From positions 2,358-66,357 of the forward strand of contig JBHAJK010000029.1 in NCBI GenBank assembly GCA_041826605.1: a DNA stretch of 64,000 nt. Direction: 5' to 3'. This stretch comes from Lachnospiraceae bacterium (GTDB taxonomy: Bacteria; Bacillota; Clostridia; Lachnospirales; Lachnospiraceae). The first letter of the stretch is position 1, and every line of letters begins with the position of its first letter. The position numbers and the translations under genes were made by a program. Below the pieces are notes generated by a model. The model worked only from the letters and a program-made list of their open reading frames with translations, was not told the origin of the DNA and did not search any database. Positions 1 through 10,529 of the stretch are shown here, in pieces.

Positions 1-2
1 TG

Positions 3-896
3 TACACAAATATTATAAAATATTTAGGTGTGGCAGCGGTCTGCGTTATTGGTCTTGTCATTATTATTTCCTACTATGTTTCCAGAAGTATTACAAGCCC
101 TATCAAGCATTTAAGCCGTGTGACGGAAAAGGTGGCAAGAGGGGATTTGACTGTACGTTCAAACCTGGAAATAGGTGCAGAGGTAGGGGTATTGTCAAAA
201 TCCTTTGACAGTATGATTGAAAGGATTAATGGACTCTTAGCCCAGGTGCGACAGGAGCAGATTACGCTTAGAAAGACAGAGCTGGAGCTATTGCAATCCC
301 AGATTAATCCTCACTTTCTGTATAATACGCTGGATACAATTGTGTGGCTGGCAGAGGCGGGCGACCAACAAAAGGTTGTAAAAATGGTGGGAAGTCTGTC
401 TGATTTTTTCAGAACCACGCTTAATCAGGGGCGAGATATCGTTACCATAAGAGATGAGTTAAAGCATATAAGGAGCTATTTGGAAATTCAGCAGGTACGC
501 TATCAGGATATTTTGGAATATGTAATAGATGTACCTGAGGAATTGTATGGCTATATGATACCCAAGCTTACACTACAACCCCTGGTGGAAAATGCACTGT
601 ACCATGGTATAAAAAATAAACGGGGAATTGGAAAAATAACTGTTACCGGGGAAATGAAATCCGGATTTTTTATGATGTATGTAGAAGATAATGGAATTGG
701 CATGGAGCAGGACAGATTTTTGCAGGTACAAAATAGAATTAATAACAAAGAGAACAATGATGATGAAAGCTTTGGACTTAATAATGTTAATGAGCGAATA
801 CGGTTAAAGTTTGGTGCAGAATACGGTTTGATTATTGAAAGCAAATATGGGGATGGGACAAAGGTCGGTATTAAATTGCCTTTGGAATTAGTGTAA
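3..896 (+). CDS. YesM/LytS-type sensor histidine kinase (5'-partial; HAMP, His_kinase, HATPase)
   Basis: QINPHFLYNTL H-box, LQPLVENA N-box, EDNGIG and GDGT G-boxes; frame open to window start. Confidence 0.92.
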   Translation, partial: YTNIIKYLGVAAVCVIGLVIIISYYVSRSITSPIKHLSRVTEKVARGDLTVRSNLEIGAEVGVLSKSFDSMIERINGLLAQVRQEQITLRKTELELLQSQINPHFLYNTLDTIVWLAEAGDQQKVVKMVGSLSDFFRTTLNQGRDIVTIRDELKHIRSYLEIQQVRYQDILEYVIDVPEELYGYMIPKLTLQPLVENALYHGIKNKRGIGKITVTGEMKSGFFMMYVEDNGIGMEQDRFLQVQNRINNKENNDDESFGLNNVNERIRLKFGAEYGLIIESKYGDGTKVGIKLPLELV

Positions 897-1087
897 TCAT
901 TTGGAAAAGCAGGATAAATAAAAATATTAACTCATTTAATAGAAATTTTAACCAAATGTGAACAAAATAAGAAAAAAGTGTAACATATAGTGATTTTTCT
1001 TTATTTTATCTATACATATCTTGAATTAGAATGTACATATCAGAGGAATAGTCCTCTGTGATAAGGATAAAGAAAGGGAAAATTATT

Positions 1088-2134
1088 ATGAAGAAGAAAA
1101 TTCTTTCAATGTTACTTGCATCATTAATGGTGTTTGGACTTACAGCCTGCAACAAGGGTTCGGCTGAAGTACTTACACCCGCAGAGCCATCAAACGAGGC
1201 AGTTGTAGAAGAGGCAGTTGTAGAAGAGGTAGCACCTGCTGCTACCGACGGAGAACTTATAAAGGTTGGTATTATCAATAACGACCCTAATGAGTCAGGC
1301 TATAGAACAGCTAATGACAGAGATTTAAAGGCTACATTTAGTGAGGCAAACGGATACGATGCTTCCTTTGCATACAGCCTTAAGAATGACGAGCAGATTA
1401 ATGCGGCTCAGAAGTTTATTACAGACGGTGTTGACTATTTACTTCTTTCGGCAGCAGATACATCCGGATGGGATACAGTTTTAAAGGATGCTCAGGATGC
1501 AGGCATCAGAGTTATCTTATTTGACCGTACTATAGATGCAGACCCCAGCCTTTATGAAGCTTCAATCGTTTCAGATATGGCATTTGAGGGAAAGAACGCT
1601 GTAGAGTGGCTTACATCTCAGAATTTAGATGAATACAATATTATTCATTTACAGGGTGTTATGGGTTCAGCAGCTCAAAAGGGACGTTCAGGTGCCCTTG
1701 ATGAAAAGGTAGCGGCAGAAGACAACTGGAATATTGTTACACAGCAGACAGCAGAGTGGAATGCAGAAAACGCACAGCAGATAGTACAGTCAGTTATTGA
1801 CTCAGGCAAATCTTTCAACGTTATTTATGCAGAGAATGACGATATGGCAAAGGGTGCTGTAGCAGCTCTTGACAGTGCAGGTATTACTCACGGTGTAGGC
1901 AAGGACGTAATCATTATCGGTTTCGACTGCAATAAGTGGGCATTACAGGAACTCCTTAACCAGAACTGGAACTTCGACCAGCAGTGTAATCCTTTCCAGT
2001 CATCATACATTGACGATGTTATTAAGACATTGGAGTCAGGCGGAAGCGTAGCTGAAAAGACAATCGTAATGGATGAAAAGGGATTTGACGCTACAACCAT
2101 CACAGCAGAAGATGTAGAGAAATACGGTATCTAA
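1088..2134 (+). CDS. Sugar ABC transporter substrate-binding lipoprotein (YtfQ/RbsB-like, probably L-arabinose)
   Basis: Lipobox GLTAC, periplasmic-binding motifs (ILFDR, AENDDMAKGA); upstream of ABC genes and ara catabolic genes. Confidence 0.88.
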   Translation: MKKKILSMLLASLMVFGLTACNKGSAEVLTPAEPSNEAVVEEAVVEEVAPAATDGELIKVGIINNDPNESGYRTANDRDLKATFSEANGYDASFAYSLKNDEQINAAQKFITDGVDYLLLSAADTSGWDTVLKDAQDAGIRVILFDRTIDADPSLYEASIVSDMAFEGKNAVEWLTSQNLDEYNIIHLQGVMGSAAQKGRSGALDEKVAAEDNWNIVTQQTAEWNAENAQQIVQSVIDSGKSFNVIYAENDDMAKGAVAALDSAGITHGVGKDVIIIGFDCNKWALQELLNQNWNFDQQCNPFQSSYIDDVIKTLESGGSVAEKTIVMDEKGFDATTITAEDVEKYGI

Positions 2135-2170
2135 TTAGCACGGTGCAATAGCCGTAAATAATTAAAATAT

Positions 2171-2211
2171 TGCGGTGTAAACGTCAAATAGTTTTGATTG
2201 CTTACACCGCA
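2171..2211 (+). terminator. Stem-loop after the SBP gene (mRNA stabiliser or partial terminator)
   Basis: TGCGGTGTAA...TTACACCGCA inverted repeat. Confidence 0.6.
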
Positions 2212-2244
2212 TTTGATTTATAAAATGTGCAGGAGAATTGGGAA

Positions 2245-3759
2245 ATGAAAGAAAATACTGTATTACAGCTTCGTAATATTCATAAGAGCTTCCCGGGTGT
2301 TAAGGCATTACAGGGAGTGGATTTTAATCTTTGTAAGGGGGAAATCCATGCGCTTATGGGAGAAAATGGTGCAGGAAAATCCACACTTATTAAGGTTTTA
2401 ACAGGAGTCTATACAAAGGACGAGGGAAATATCTATATAGAGGGAAATGAAGGGGCAGTAAGCATTAAATCTCCGGAAGATGCAAGACGTGTGGGTATCA
2501 GTACTGTTTATCAGGAAATTACTCTCTGCCCCAATTTGTCCGTAGCGGAAAATATGTTTATTGGCAGAACTGATAAACTATTGCAAAATTGGAAAAAGAT
2601 GAATGAGGACGCAGACAGGATATTGAACAATCTGGAAATTCCTGCCTCTGCTACAAGCCAGCTCTCAGATTGCTCCATAGCGGTGCAGCAGATGGTAGCA
2701 ATAGCCAGAGCTGTGGATATGGACTGCAAGGTGCTTATTTTAGATGAGCCTACATCCTCGTTGGATGATTTGGAGGTTCAGAAATTATTCAAGCTTATGC
2801 GTGACCTTAAGGAAAGGGGAGTAGGCATTATATTTGTTACACATTTCCTGGACCAGGTATACGAGGTGTGCGATAAAATCACAGTACTTAGAGACGGCAG
2901 ATTGGTGGGAGAGTATGAGATTAAGGACTTACCCAGAGTGTCTTTAGTATCAAAAATGCTTGGCAAGGAGCTTGATGACTTATCTGATATCAAATCAGAT
3001 GGAGAGGTTTCCGTAAGCTATGATGGAGAAACACCTGTATTTGAGGTTAAGGGTCTTTCCTCTGTTGCCGGTATTAAACCCTTTGATTTCAATATTAAAA
3101 AGGGAGAGGTCAATGGCTTTACAGGTCTGTTAGGTTCAGGCAGAAGTGAATGTGTAAGAGCTGTATTCTGCGCTGACAGAGTTACTTCGGGAACAGTCTA
3201 TAAAGATGGAAAGCAGATTAAACTAAAGAAGCCCATTGATGCTATGAGAGCAGGAATAGGCTATCTGCCTGAGGATAGAAAGGTGGATGGAATTGTAGGA
3301 GATTTGTCCGTAAAGGAAAACATTATTCTGGCATTACAGATTATGAAAGGCTTTTTTAAGCCCTTTACAAAAGCCCAGGCAAATGCCTTTGCAGAAGAAT
3401 ATATTAAGCTTTTAGGTATAAAGACAGCTTCGGCGGATACACCTATTAAATCTTTGTCAGGTGGAAATCAGCAGAAATGTATTCTTGCCCGTTGGCTGCT
3501 TACACACCCGGACTACCTTATTTTGGACGAGCCTACCAGAGGAATAGATGTAGGTACAAAGGTTGATATACAGAAGCTGGTATTAAAGCTGGCATCGGAG
3601 GGAATGAGTATTACCTTTATTTCCTCGGAAACAGATGAAATGCTTAGAACCTGTTCAAGAATGGTGGTTATGAGAGACAGAAAGGTAGTAGGAGAGCTGA
3701 CAGGGGAGGACCTTAATCAGACAACGATTATGAATACCATTGCCGGAGGTGAAGCATAA
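2245..3759 (+). CDS. Sugar ABC transporter ATP-binding protein (double ABC domain)
   Basis: GENGAGKST Walker A, LSGGNQQK signature, two LILDEPT Walker B motifs. Confidence 0.95.
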   Translation: MKENTVLQLRNIHKSFPGVKALQGVDFNLCKGEIHALMGENGAGKSTLIKVLTGVYTKDEGNIYIEGNEGAVSIKSPEDARRVGISTVYQEITLCPNLSVAENMFIGRTDKLLQNWKKMNEDADRILNNLEIPASATSQLSDCSIAVQQMVAIARAVDMDCKVLILDEPTSSLDDLEVQKLFKLMRDLKERGVGIIFVTHFLDQVYEVCDKITVLRDGRLVGEYEIKDLPRVSLVSKMLGKELDDLSDIKSDGEVSVSYDGETPVFEVKGLSSVAGIKPFDFNIKKGEVNGFTGLLGSGRSECVRAVFCADRVTSGTVYKDGKQIKLKKPIDAMRAGIGYLPEDRKVDGIVGDLSVKENIILALQIMKGFFKPFTKAQANAFAEEYIKLLGIKTASADTPIKSLSGGNQQKCILARWLLTHPDYLILDEPTRGIDVGTKVDIQKLVLKLASEGMSITFISSETDEMLRTCSRMVVMRDRKVVGELTGEDLNQTTIMNTIAGGEA

Positions 3760-4856
3760 TGAATACAACTAAAAATAAAGGAAAAGCTTTAGAAGTCCTT
3801 GGCAGGGTTTTCAAAAATCAGATTTTTATTCCGCTGGCGGCACTATTGCTTTTACTTATTATAAATCTGATTGCAGACCCAAGCTTTTTTAAGATTTCAT
3901 TGGGATACAACAGCAGTAATAATCCGGTGCTGTCAGGATATTTAATGACTGTGTTAAATAATGGTTCTGAACTTGCCATCCTTGCCATTGGTATGACCTT
4001 AGTGACAGCGGCATCAGGAGGGCAGGATATTTCAGTGGGTGCCGGAATTGCCATTGCAGGTTCAGTGCTCCTTAGAGTACTCTGCGGTACAAATACAAGG
4101 CCGGAGGTGTTGAGAACACCGATTTTTGTGGCATTTATTATTAGTATGTTAGTAGCAATGGCATTTGGCGCCTTTAATGGAATGTTAGTAGCAGTATTTA
4201 AAATCCAGCCTATGGTAGCAACCCTAATCCTATATACAGCGGGACGCTCCATTGCAGCATGGATTAATAATAATGAGCTTCCCATAATAAGTGAGCCTAA
4301 GTTTGGATATTTTGGAGGATATATTCCGGGTATACCGGTTCCAACTCCCTTTTTTATAGCTTTAGGCTGTATGATTATTATAGCTCTGGTGCTTAAATTT
4401 ACTAATTTGGGGCTATATACTCAGGCAGTGGGGATTAATGAAAATTCCTCAAGATTAAACGGACTTAATCCCATGCTGATAAGATGGCTCTCCTTTGTAA
4501 TATTAGGTGCCTGTGTGGCGGTGGCTGCTCTTATTAAAGTAAGCAGACTTTCATCAATTAATTATTCTGTTATTGCTAAGGACATTGAGATGGATGCAAT
4601 TTTAGCAGTGGCATTAGGTGGAAATGCTCTTAGTGGCGGTAAATTTAATATGTGGGCTTCCATAATAGGAGCTTTTGTAATTCAGCTTCTTACCACCACG
4701 CTTTATAAATTCAATGTTCAGTCGGATGCTCTGCCTGCATATAAGGCAGTAGTAGTAATCGTGCTTGTTGTATCAAGTGCTCCGGCAGTAAGAGAAAAGG
4801 CGACAGAGCTTACAAAAAAATTAAAGGCTTCAAAAAAGGAGGCAGGAAATGCTTAA
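3759..4856 (+). CDS. Sugar ABC transporter permease
   Basis: Multi-TM, GGQDISVG and AVALGGNALSGG motifs of RbsC-type permeases. Confidence 0.92.
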   Translation: MNTTKNKGKALEVLGRVFKNQIFIPLAALLLLLIINLIADPSFFKISLGYNSSNNPVLSGYLMTVLNNGSELAILAIGMTLVTAASGGQDISVGAGIAIAGSVLLRVLCGTNTRPEVLRTPIFVAFIISMLVAMAFGAFNGMLVAVFKIQPMVATLILYTAGRSIAAWINNNELPIISEPKFGYFGGYIPGIPVPTPFFIALGCMIIIALVLKFTNLGLYTQAVGINENSSRLNGLNPMLIRWLSFVILGACVAVAALIKVSRLSSINYSVIAKDIEMDAILAVALGGNALSGGKFNMWASIIGAFVIQLLTTTLYKFNVQSDALPAYKAVVVIVLVVSSAPAVREKATELTKKLKASKKEAGNA

Positions 4857-5871
4857 GAAAATAAAAAATATGACAGACAGCAATCTCTTGCTTACCATAA
4901 CAATTGTGGTTTTTGTACTTATGTATGTGGGTGCCATTGTATTTCAGGGAAAAGGCTTTTTGAAGCCCCAGACATTCTTTAATATATTAAATGCCAATGC
5001 GGCACTGATTATTTTATCCTGTGGATTATCCCTTGTTATGATTACAGGTGGAATTGATATTTCTGTAGGTGGAATGACAGCTCTCGTAAGTATGTGCTGT
5101 GCAGTTTATCTGGATTTTAAGGGCGGAAGTGTAGCTGTTTCTATGCTTATAGCATTATGTATCGGCCTTTGCTTTGGACTGGTACAGGGCTTTTTAGTAG
5201 CGTATCTGGAGATACAGCCCTTTATTGTAACCTTGGCGGGTATGTTTTTCGCAAGAGGTATGACTACAATTGTAAATACCAACCCCTTTAATGTGGCAAA
5301 TGAAAAATTTGTGGCACTTAAAGAAACAAGAATTATTGTGCCGGGAATGGGGACCGTAAATAAGCTGGGAAAATATGTGGATGCCTATGTGGAAATTGGA
5401 GTTATAGTGGCTCTTATTGTGGTAGTGCTTATGTTTATACTCCTTAGATGGACAAAGCTGGGACGTGCCTTTTATGCGGTAGGCGGAAATAAACAGAGTG
5501 CCCTTATGCTTGGCATCAATGTTAAGAAAACCAAGTTTTTATCACATATTATATGCTCTATGTTAGGAGGTATAGGAGGTTATGTGTATTTCCTCCATGT
5601 AGGATCGGGGGCAGCAACCCATGCTCAGGGAGCAGAAATGAATGCAATCGCCTCATCCATTATAGGTGGTACTATGCTTACAGGTGGTGTAGGCAATATT
5701 ATTGGTACATTCTTCGGCGTATTGTCCCTTAGTACAATACAGAATATTGTAGCAAGCGCAGGACTGGGACAGGCTTGGTGGACAGGTATTACCATTGCTT
5801 CAATGCTATGTCTTTTCCTTGTTATTCAATCGGTGGTAATGGCAAGAAAGCGTAGTGGCAGAAAGGGATAA
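4849..5871 (+). CDS. Sugar ABC transporter permease (YjfF-like)
   Basis: GGIDISVG, YAVGGN, IIGGTMLTGG motifs. Confidence 0.92.
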   Translation: MLKKIKNMTDSNLLLTITIVVFVLMYVGAIVFQGKGFLKPQTFFNILNANAALIILSCGLSLVMITGGIDISVGGMTALVSMCCAVYLDFKGGSVAVSMLIALCIGLCFGLVQGFLVAYLEIQPFIVTLAGMFFARGMTTIVNTNPFNVANEKFVALKETRIIVPGMGTVNKLGKYVDAYVEIGVIVALIVVVLMFILLRWTKLGRAFYAVGGNKQSALMLGINVKKTKFLSHIICSMLGGIGGYVYFLHVGSGAATHAQGAEMNAIASSIIGGTMLTGGVGNIIGTFFGVLSLSTIQNIVASAGLGQAWWTGITIASMLCLFLVIQSVVMARKRSGRKG

Positions 5872-5911
5872 ATCAGCCTATATTTATTTTGAAATTTTAA
5901 TAACTATGTTA

Positions 5912-5953
5912 AACTATACCTACACGGTCATAGCAGGCTGTGTAGGTATAGTT
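5912..5953 (+). terminator. Intrinsic terminator-like hairpin
   Basis: AACTATACCTACAC...GTGTAGGTATAGTT inverted repeat. Confidence 0.65.
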
Positions 5954-6006
5954 ATATAAAATGAAAGATAAATTAAAATGAAAATATTTCTATAAGGGGA
6001 TGAATA

Positions 6007-7077
6007 ATGAAGAAAAGTATTGGCATATCCATGATTTTACTGCTTCTTACAGGTATAATGCTTAATCCAATGGGCTGCGGAAAGCAGGTGGAGAATGGAA
6101 ATAACGAAAATAGTGTAACGGAAAACGGGGAAGCGGAGAAAGAAAATCTGATAAAAATAGGATTTTCCCAGGTGGGAGCAGAGTCTGATTGGAGGAAAGC
6201 CAATACCGAATCCATGAAAGAAACCTTTGTTGCACAGAATGGCTATGAACTGATATTTTCTGATGCACAGCAGAAACAGACAAATCAGATTACTGCTATA
6301 CGTACCTTTATACAGCGCGAGGTGGACTATATAGTACTGGCTCCCGTAACGGAGGATGGCTGGGACACTGTACTTTCAGAAGCAAAGGAAGCAGGTATTC
6401 CTGTGATAATTGTAGACAGAATGGTAAATGTAGAAGATGAAAGTCTTTTTGCATGCTGGGTAGGCTCAGATTTTAAGCTGGAGGGAGACAAGGTCTGTCA
6501 GTGGCTTAAGGAATATTCGGATAGCTCCGACATAGAGGGAGAAAACCTTAATATAGTAAGCATACAGGGAACTATAGGTGCCTCATCACAGCTTGGACGC
6601 TCCGCCGGGCTTAATGGGGCTGTTGCCAAATACGGATGGAATTTACTGGAAGAGGCAGAGGGAGAGTATACCCAGGCAAGAGCCAGAGAAGTAATGTCTG
6701 CAATGCTTAAAAAATATAATAATATAAATGTGGTGTTTTGTGAAAATGATAATGAGGCCTTTGGAGCAATAGAAGCCATAGAGGCGGCAGGAAAAATTCC
6801 GGGCGAAAAGATAGAGCGGGGCCAGATTATGGTGCTGTCCTTTGACGGAGTGAGTAAGCAGGCAATAAACCTTGCTAAAGAGGGAAAAATCTCATGTATC
6901 GGAGAATGCAACCCCTTACATGGACCAAGAGTGAAAAAAATAATTGAAAGCCTAGAAAGAGGCGAAGTGCCGGATAAATTTGAATATGTGGCAGAAAGTG
7001 TTTTCAGTAAGCTGGATAAAATAAAAACAATTACGGTAAATAATGAAACCTATCCCGTAACTATTTTAGGTAATTAG
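6007..7077 (+). CDS. Second sugar-binding lipoprotein (YtfQ-like)
   Basis: IGFSQVGAESDWR, CENDNEAFGA and ECNPLHGP motifs; lipoprotein-like N-terminus. Confidence 0.88.
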   Translation: MKKSIGISMILLLLTGIMLNPMGCGKQVENGNNENSVTENGEAEKENLIKIGFSQVGAESDWRKANTESMKETFVAQNGYELIFSDAQQKQTNQITAIRTFIQREVDYIVLAPVTEDGWDTVLSEAKEAGIPVIIVDRMVNVEDESLFACWVGSDFKLEGDKVCQWLKEYSDSSDIEGENLNIVSIQGTIGASSQLGRSAGLNGAVAKYGWNLLEEAEGEYTQARAREVMSAMLKKYNNINVVFCENDNEAFGAIEAIEAAGKIPGEKIERGQIMVLSFDGVSKQAINLAKEGKISCIGECNPLHGPRVKKIIESLERGEVPDKFEYVAESVFSKLDKIKTITVNNETYPVTILGN

Positions 7078-7199
7078 TAATTAAGGGTAATAATCATAAA
7101 ATTTTCATACATTATCAGTGGATTTCGTATTTCTAATATGGTTTTGGAATAATATTATATATAGCAGAGGCTTAATTATTTTATAAGGAGACTAACTAT

Positions 7200-8693
7200 A
7201 TGATAACAGGAAATTATAAGTTTTGGTTTTGCACAGGCTCTCAGGACCTTTACGGAGATGAGTGCCTTTCCCATGTGGCCACACATTCAAAGGAAATTGT
7301 GGAAGCCCTTAATAAATCAGGTGTTCTGCCCTTTGAGGTGGTGTGGAAGCCTACACTGATTACAAATGAGCTTATTAGAAAGACCTTTAATGAGGCAAAT
7401 AATGATGAGGAGTGTGCAGGCGTTATTACCTGGATGCATACTTTCTCTCCTGCAAAATCATGGATTTTAGGTTTGCAGGAATACAGAAAGCCACTTCTTC
7501 ATCTTCATACACAGTATAATGAAGAAATTCCCTATGAAACAATGGATATGGATTTTATGAATGAAAATCAGGCAGCTCACGGAGACAGAGAGTATGCTCA
7601 TATTGTTTCAAGAATGAGAATTGAGAGAAAGGTTATTGTAGGCTATTGGAAAGACAGAGAGGTTTTAGAAAGAATTGCCTCATGGATGCGTACTGCCATA
7701 GGTATAGTGGAAAGCAGTCATATCCGAGTTATGAGAATTGCGGACAATATGAGGAATGTGGCAGTTACAGAGGGAGACAAAGTGGAGGCTCAGCTTAAAT
7801 TTGGCTGGGAAATTGACGCATACCCTGTAAATGAAATTGTTCAATCCGTAGATGCAGTATCAGAAGCGGATACAAATGCCTTGGTAGATGAATATTATGC
7901 TCTATATGATATCTGCTTAGAGGGAAGAGACCCGGAGGCATTTAGAAAGCATGTGGCTGCTCAGGCACAGATAGAGCTGGGCTTTGAAAGATTTTTAAAG
8001 GAAAAGAATTATCAGGCAATAGTTACTCACTTTGGAGATTTGGGAGGACTTAAGCAGCTTCCCGGACTGGCAATTCAGAGACTTATGGAAAAGGGCTATG
8101 GTTTTGGCGCCGAGGGCGACTGGAAAGTAGCCGCTATGGTACGCCTTATGAAGCTTATGTCCGCAGGTATTCCAAATGCCAAGGGTACATCTATGTTGGA
8201 GGATTATACCTATAACCTTGTAAAGGGCAAGGAGGGAATTATTCAGGCACATATGCTGGAAATATGTCCATCTATTTCGGACGGTCCTATTCAGATTAAG
8301 TGTCAGCCCCTTTCTATGGGCAATAAGGAGGACCCTGCACGTCTGGTATTCCAGTCAAAGGAGGGCAAGGGTGTAGCTACCTCATTAATTGACTTAGGAA
8401 ATCGTTTCAGACTTATTATTCAGGATGTGGATTGTAAAAAGGTGGAAAAGCCATTACCTAAGCTGCCTACAGCTATAAACTATTGGACACCACAGCCTGA
8501 CTTCTACACAGGCACTGAAGCGTGGCTATTGGCAGGCGGAGCACACCATACAGCATTCTCCTATGATTTAACTGCTGAGCAGATGGGAGACTGGGCATTG
8601 GCAATGGGAATAGAGCCTGTATTTATTGATAAAGATACAAAGATTAGAGATTTTAAACGCGACCTTATGTTGGGAGAGGTATTTTACAGATAA
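7200..8693 (+). CDS. araA: L-arabinose isomerase
   Basis: GSQDLYG, WMHTFSPAK, GAEGDWK, AHMLE and GGAHH motifs. Confidence 0.96.
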   Translation: MITGNYKFWFCTGSQDLYGDECLSHVATHSKEIVEALNKSGVLPFEVVWKPTLITNELIRKTFNEANNDEECAGVITWMHTFSPAKSWILGLQEYRKPLLHLHTQYNEEIPYETMDMDFMNENQAAHGDREYAHIVSRMRIERKVIVGYWKDREVLERIASWMRTAIGIVESSHIRVMRIADNMRNVAVTEGDKVEAQLKFGWEIDAYPVNEIVQSVDAVSEADTNALVDEYYALYDICLEGRDPEAFRKHVAAQAQIELGFERFLKEKNYQAIVTHFGDLGGLKQLPGLAIQRLMEKGYGFGAEGDWKVAAMVRLMKLMSAGIPNAKGTSMLEDYTYNLVKGKEGIIQAHMLEICPSISDGPIQIKCQPLSMGNKEDPARLVFQSKEGKGVATSLIDLGNRFRLIIQDVDCKKVEKPLPKLPTAINYWTPQPDFYTGTEAWLLAGGAHHTAFSYDLTAEQMGDWALAMGIEPVFIDKDTKIRDFKRDLMLGEVFYR

Positions 8694-8716
8694 GTCTATC
8701 TAATTGAATGATATTA

Positions 8717-8746
8717 TCCCTCCGGTGGAGTACTTCATCGGAGGGA
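8717..8746 (+). terminator. Intergenic hairpin between araA and araB
   Basis: TCCCTCCGGTGGAG-TA-CTTCATCGGAGGGA stem with G-U pairs; weak U tail. Confidence 0.5.
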
Positions 8747-8781
8747 GTTGTTATGGATAATAAAGTATTGGAGGAAGAGGT

Positions 8782-10374
8782 ATGAAAATGGATGGTAAGA
8801 CAGTTATTGAGAGCAAAAAGGCGGTTCTTGGTATAGAATTTGGTTCTACAAGAATTAAGGCAGTACTTGTGGATAATGAGGGAAATGTACTGGCAACAGG
8901 CGGACATGGCTGGGAAAACAGATTGGAAAACGGAGTATGGACATATACCTTAGATGATATATGGAGCGGACTTGCTGATTGCTACAGTGAGCTGAAAAAA
9001 GATGTAGCGGATAAATATGGAGTAAAGCTGACTGCCTTTGCTTCCATGGGATTTTCAGCTATGATGCATGGATATTTGGCATTTGATAAGGATAATGAAT
9101 TATTGGTGCCTTTCAGAACATGGAGAAATACAACTACAGGTCAGGCAAGCGAAGAACTGACTAAGGAACTGAACTATAATATTCCTCAGCGTTGGAGTAT
9201 TGCCCATTTGTATCAGGCAATATTAAATAAGGAAGAGCATATTTCCAAGATAACTTTCTTTACTACTCTGGCCGGTTATGTGCACTGGAAGCTTACTGGG
9301 GAAAAGGTGCTTGGAGTAGGCGATGCTTCGGGAATGTTCCCAATTGATACTAAAGCAGGTACATATGATGAGAAGATGGTGGAAAAATTTGATAAGCTGG
9401 CAGCAGATAAGGGCTTTGGAGCTAAGCTAAGCTCAATTCTTCCCAAGGTATTATCAGCAGGAGAAAAGGCAGGTGTACTGACAGCGGAGGGGGCAAAGCT
9501 GCTTGACCCTACAGGGGATTTGGAAGCAGGAATTCCTATTTGTCCTCCGGAGGGAGATGCAGGAACCGGTATGGTTGCCACTAATTCCGTAGGAGTAAGA
9601 ACCGGAAATATTTCAGCGGGAACCTCTATTTTTGCTATGGTAGTGTTGGAAAATGAACTGTCAAAGGTTTATCCGGAAATTGATTTGGTAACAACTCCCG
9701 ATGGTGCATTGGTAGGTATGGTACACTGCAACAACTGTACCTCTGAGATTAATGCCTGGGTAAATATGTTTAAGGAATATTCAGAGCTTATGGGATATTC
9801 AGTGGATATGAATGAACTGTTTACAAAGCTGTATTCAGTTGCTTTACAGGGAGATGCGGATTGTGGAGGACTTCTTTCGTATAATTATGTGTCGGGAGAG
9901 CCTGTAACAGGCTTTACTGATGGTGCACCATTGTTTGTGCGCAAGGCTGATGATAAATTCAACCTTGCCAATGTTATGAGAATGCACCTTTATTCAGCAT
10001 TTGCCACTCTGGAGGTGGGACTTGATATTATGCTTAAAGAGGAAAAGGTAAAGGTTGATACTCTATACGGTCACGGCGGATATTTTAAGACCAGGGGTGT
10101 AGGCCAGCTATTTGCGGCAGCAGCTACAGGTGCTCCCATTGCGGTAATGGAAACAGCAGGAGAGGGAGGAGCCTGGGGAATTGCGGTTTTGGCAGCATAT
10201 ATGGCTGATACAAAGGGCAAAAATCTTCAGGACTATTTAAATGATGTGATATTTGCAGGTCAGGCAGGAGAAGTAATGTCTGCATCTGAGGCAGATATTA
10301 AGGGCTTTGAGAAGTTTATGGACAGCTATCGCAAGGGACTTGCTATTGAAAGAGCGGCGGTTGATACTCTTTAA
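8782..10374 (+). CDS. araB: FGGY sugar kinase, probable L-ribulokinase
   Basis: GIEFGSTRIKA, PEGDAGTGM and EGGAWG motifs; between araA and araD. Confidence 0.85.
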   Translation: MKMDGKTVIESKKAVLGIEFGSTRIKAVLVDNEGNVLATGGHGWENRLENGVWTYTLDDIWSGLADCYSELKKDVADKYGVKLTAFASMGFSAMMHGYLAFDKDNELLVPFRTWRNTTTGQASEELTKELNYNIPQRWSIAHLYQAILNKEEHISKITFFTTLAGYVHWKLTGEKVLGVGDASGMFPIDTKAGTYDEKMVEKFDKLAADKGFGAKLSSILPKVLSAGEKAGVLTAEGAKLLDPTGDLEAGIPICPPEGDAGTGMVATNSVGVRTGNISAGTSIFAMVVLENELSKVYPEIDLVTTPDGALVGMVHCNNCTSEINAWVNMFKEYSELMGYSVDMNELFTKLYSVALQGDADCGGLLSYNYVSGEPVTGFTDGAPLFVRKADDKFNLANVMRMHLYSAFATLEVGLDIMLKEEKVKVDTLYGHGGYFKTRGVGQLFAAAATGAPIAVMETAGEGGAWGIAVLAAYMADTKGKNLQDYLNDVIFAGQAGEVMSASEADIKGFEKFMDSYRKGLAIERAAVDTL

Positions 10375-10391
10375 TATTTATTAGTGTAGAA

Positions 10392-10427
10392 ATGTGGATA
10401 TATGGATATGTGGATATATGGAGATAT
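10392..10427. repeat. Short tandem repeat, (ATRTGGAT) x4 approx.
   Basis: ATGTGGAT ATATGGAT ATGTGGAT ATATGGAG ATAT. Confidence 0.7.
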
Positions 10428-10529
10428 ATTAGCTACAATAGAAGAGCCGGTTAAGGCTCGTAGTAGAGATGCGCACAAGCAGAGATATTAAATTGTCAAA
10501 ACGGCGGGCATCCAGAAAACGGAGGAATT

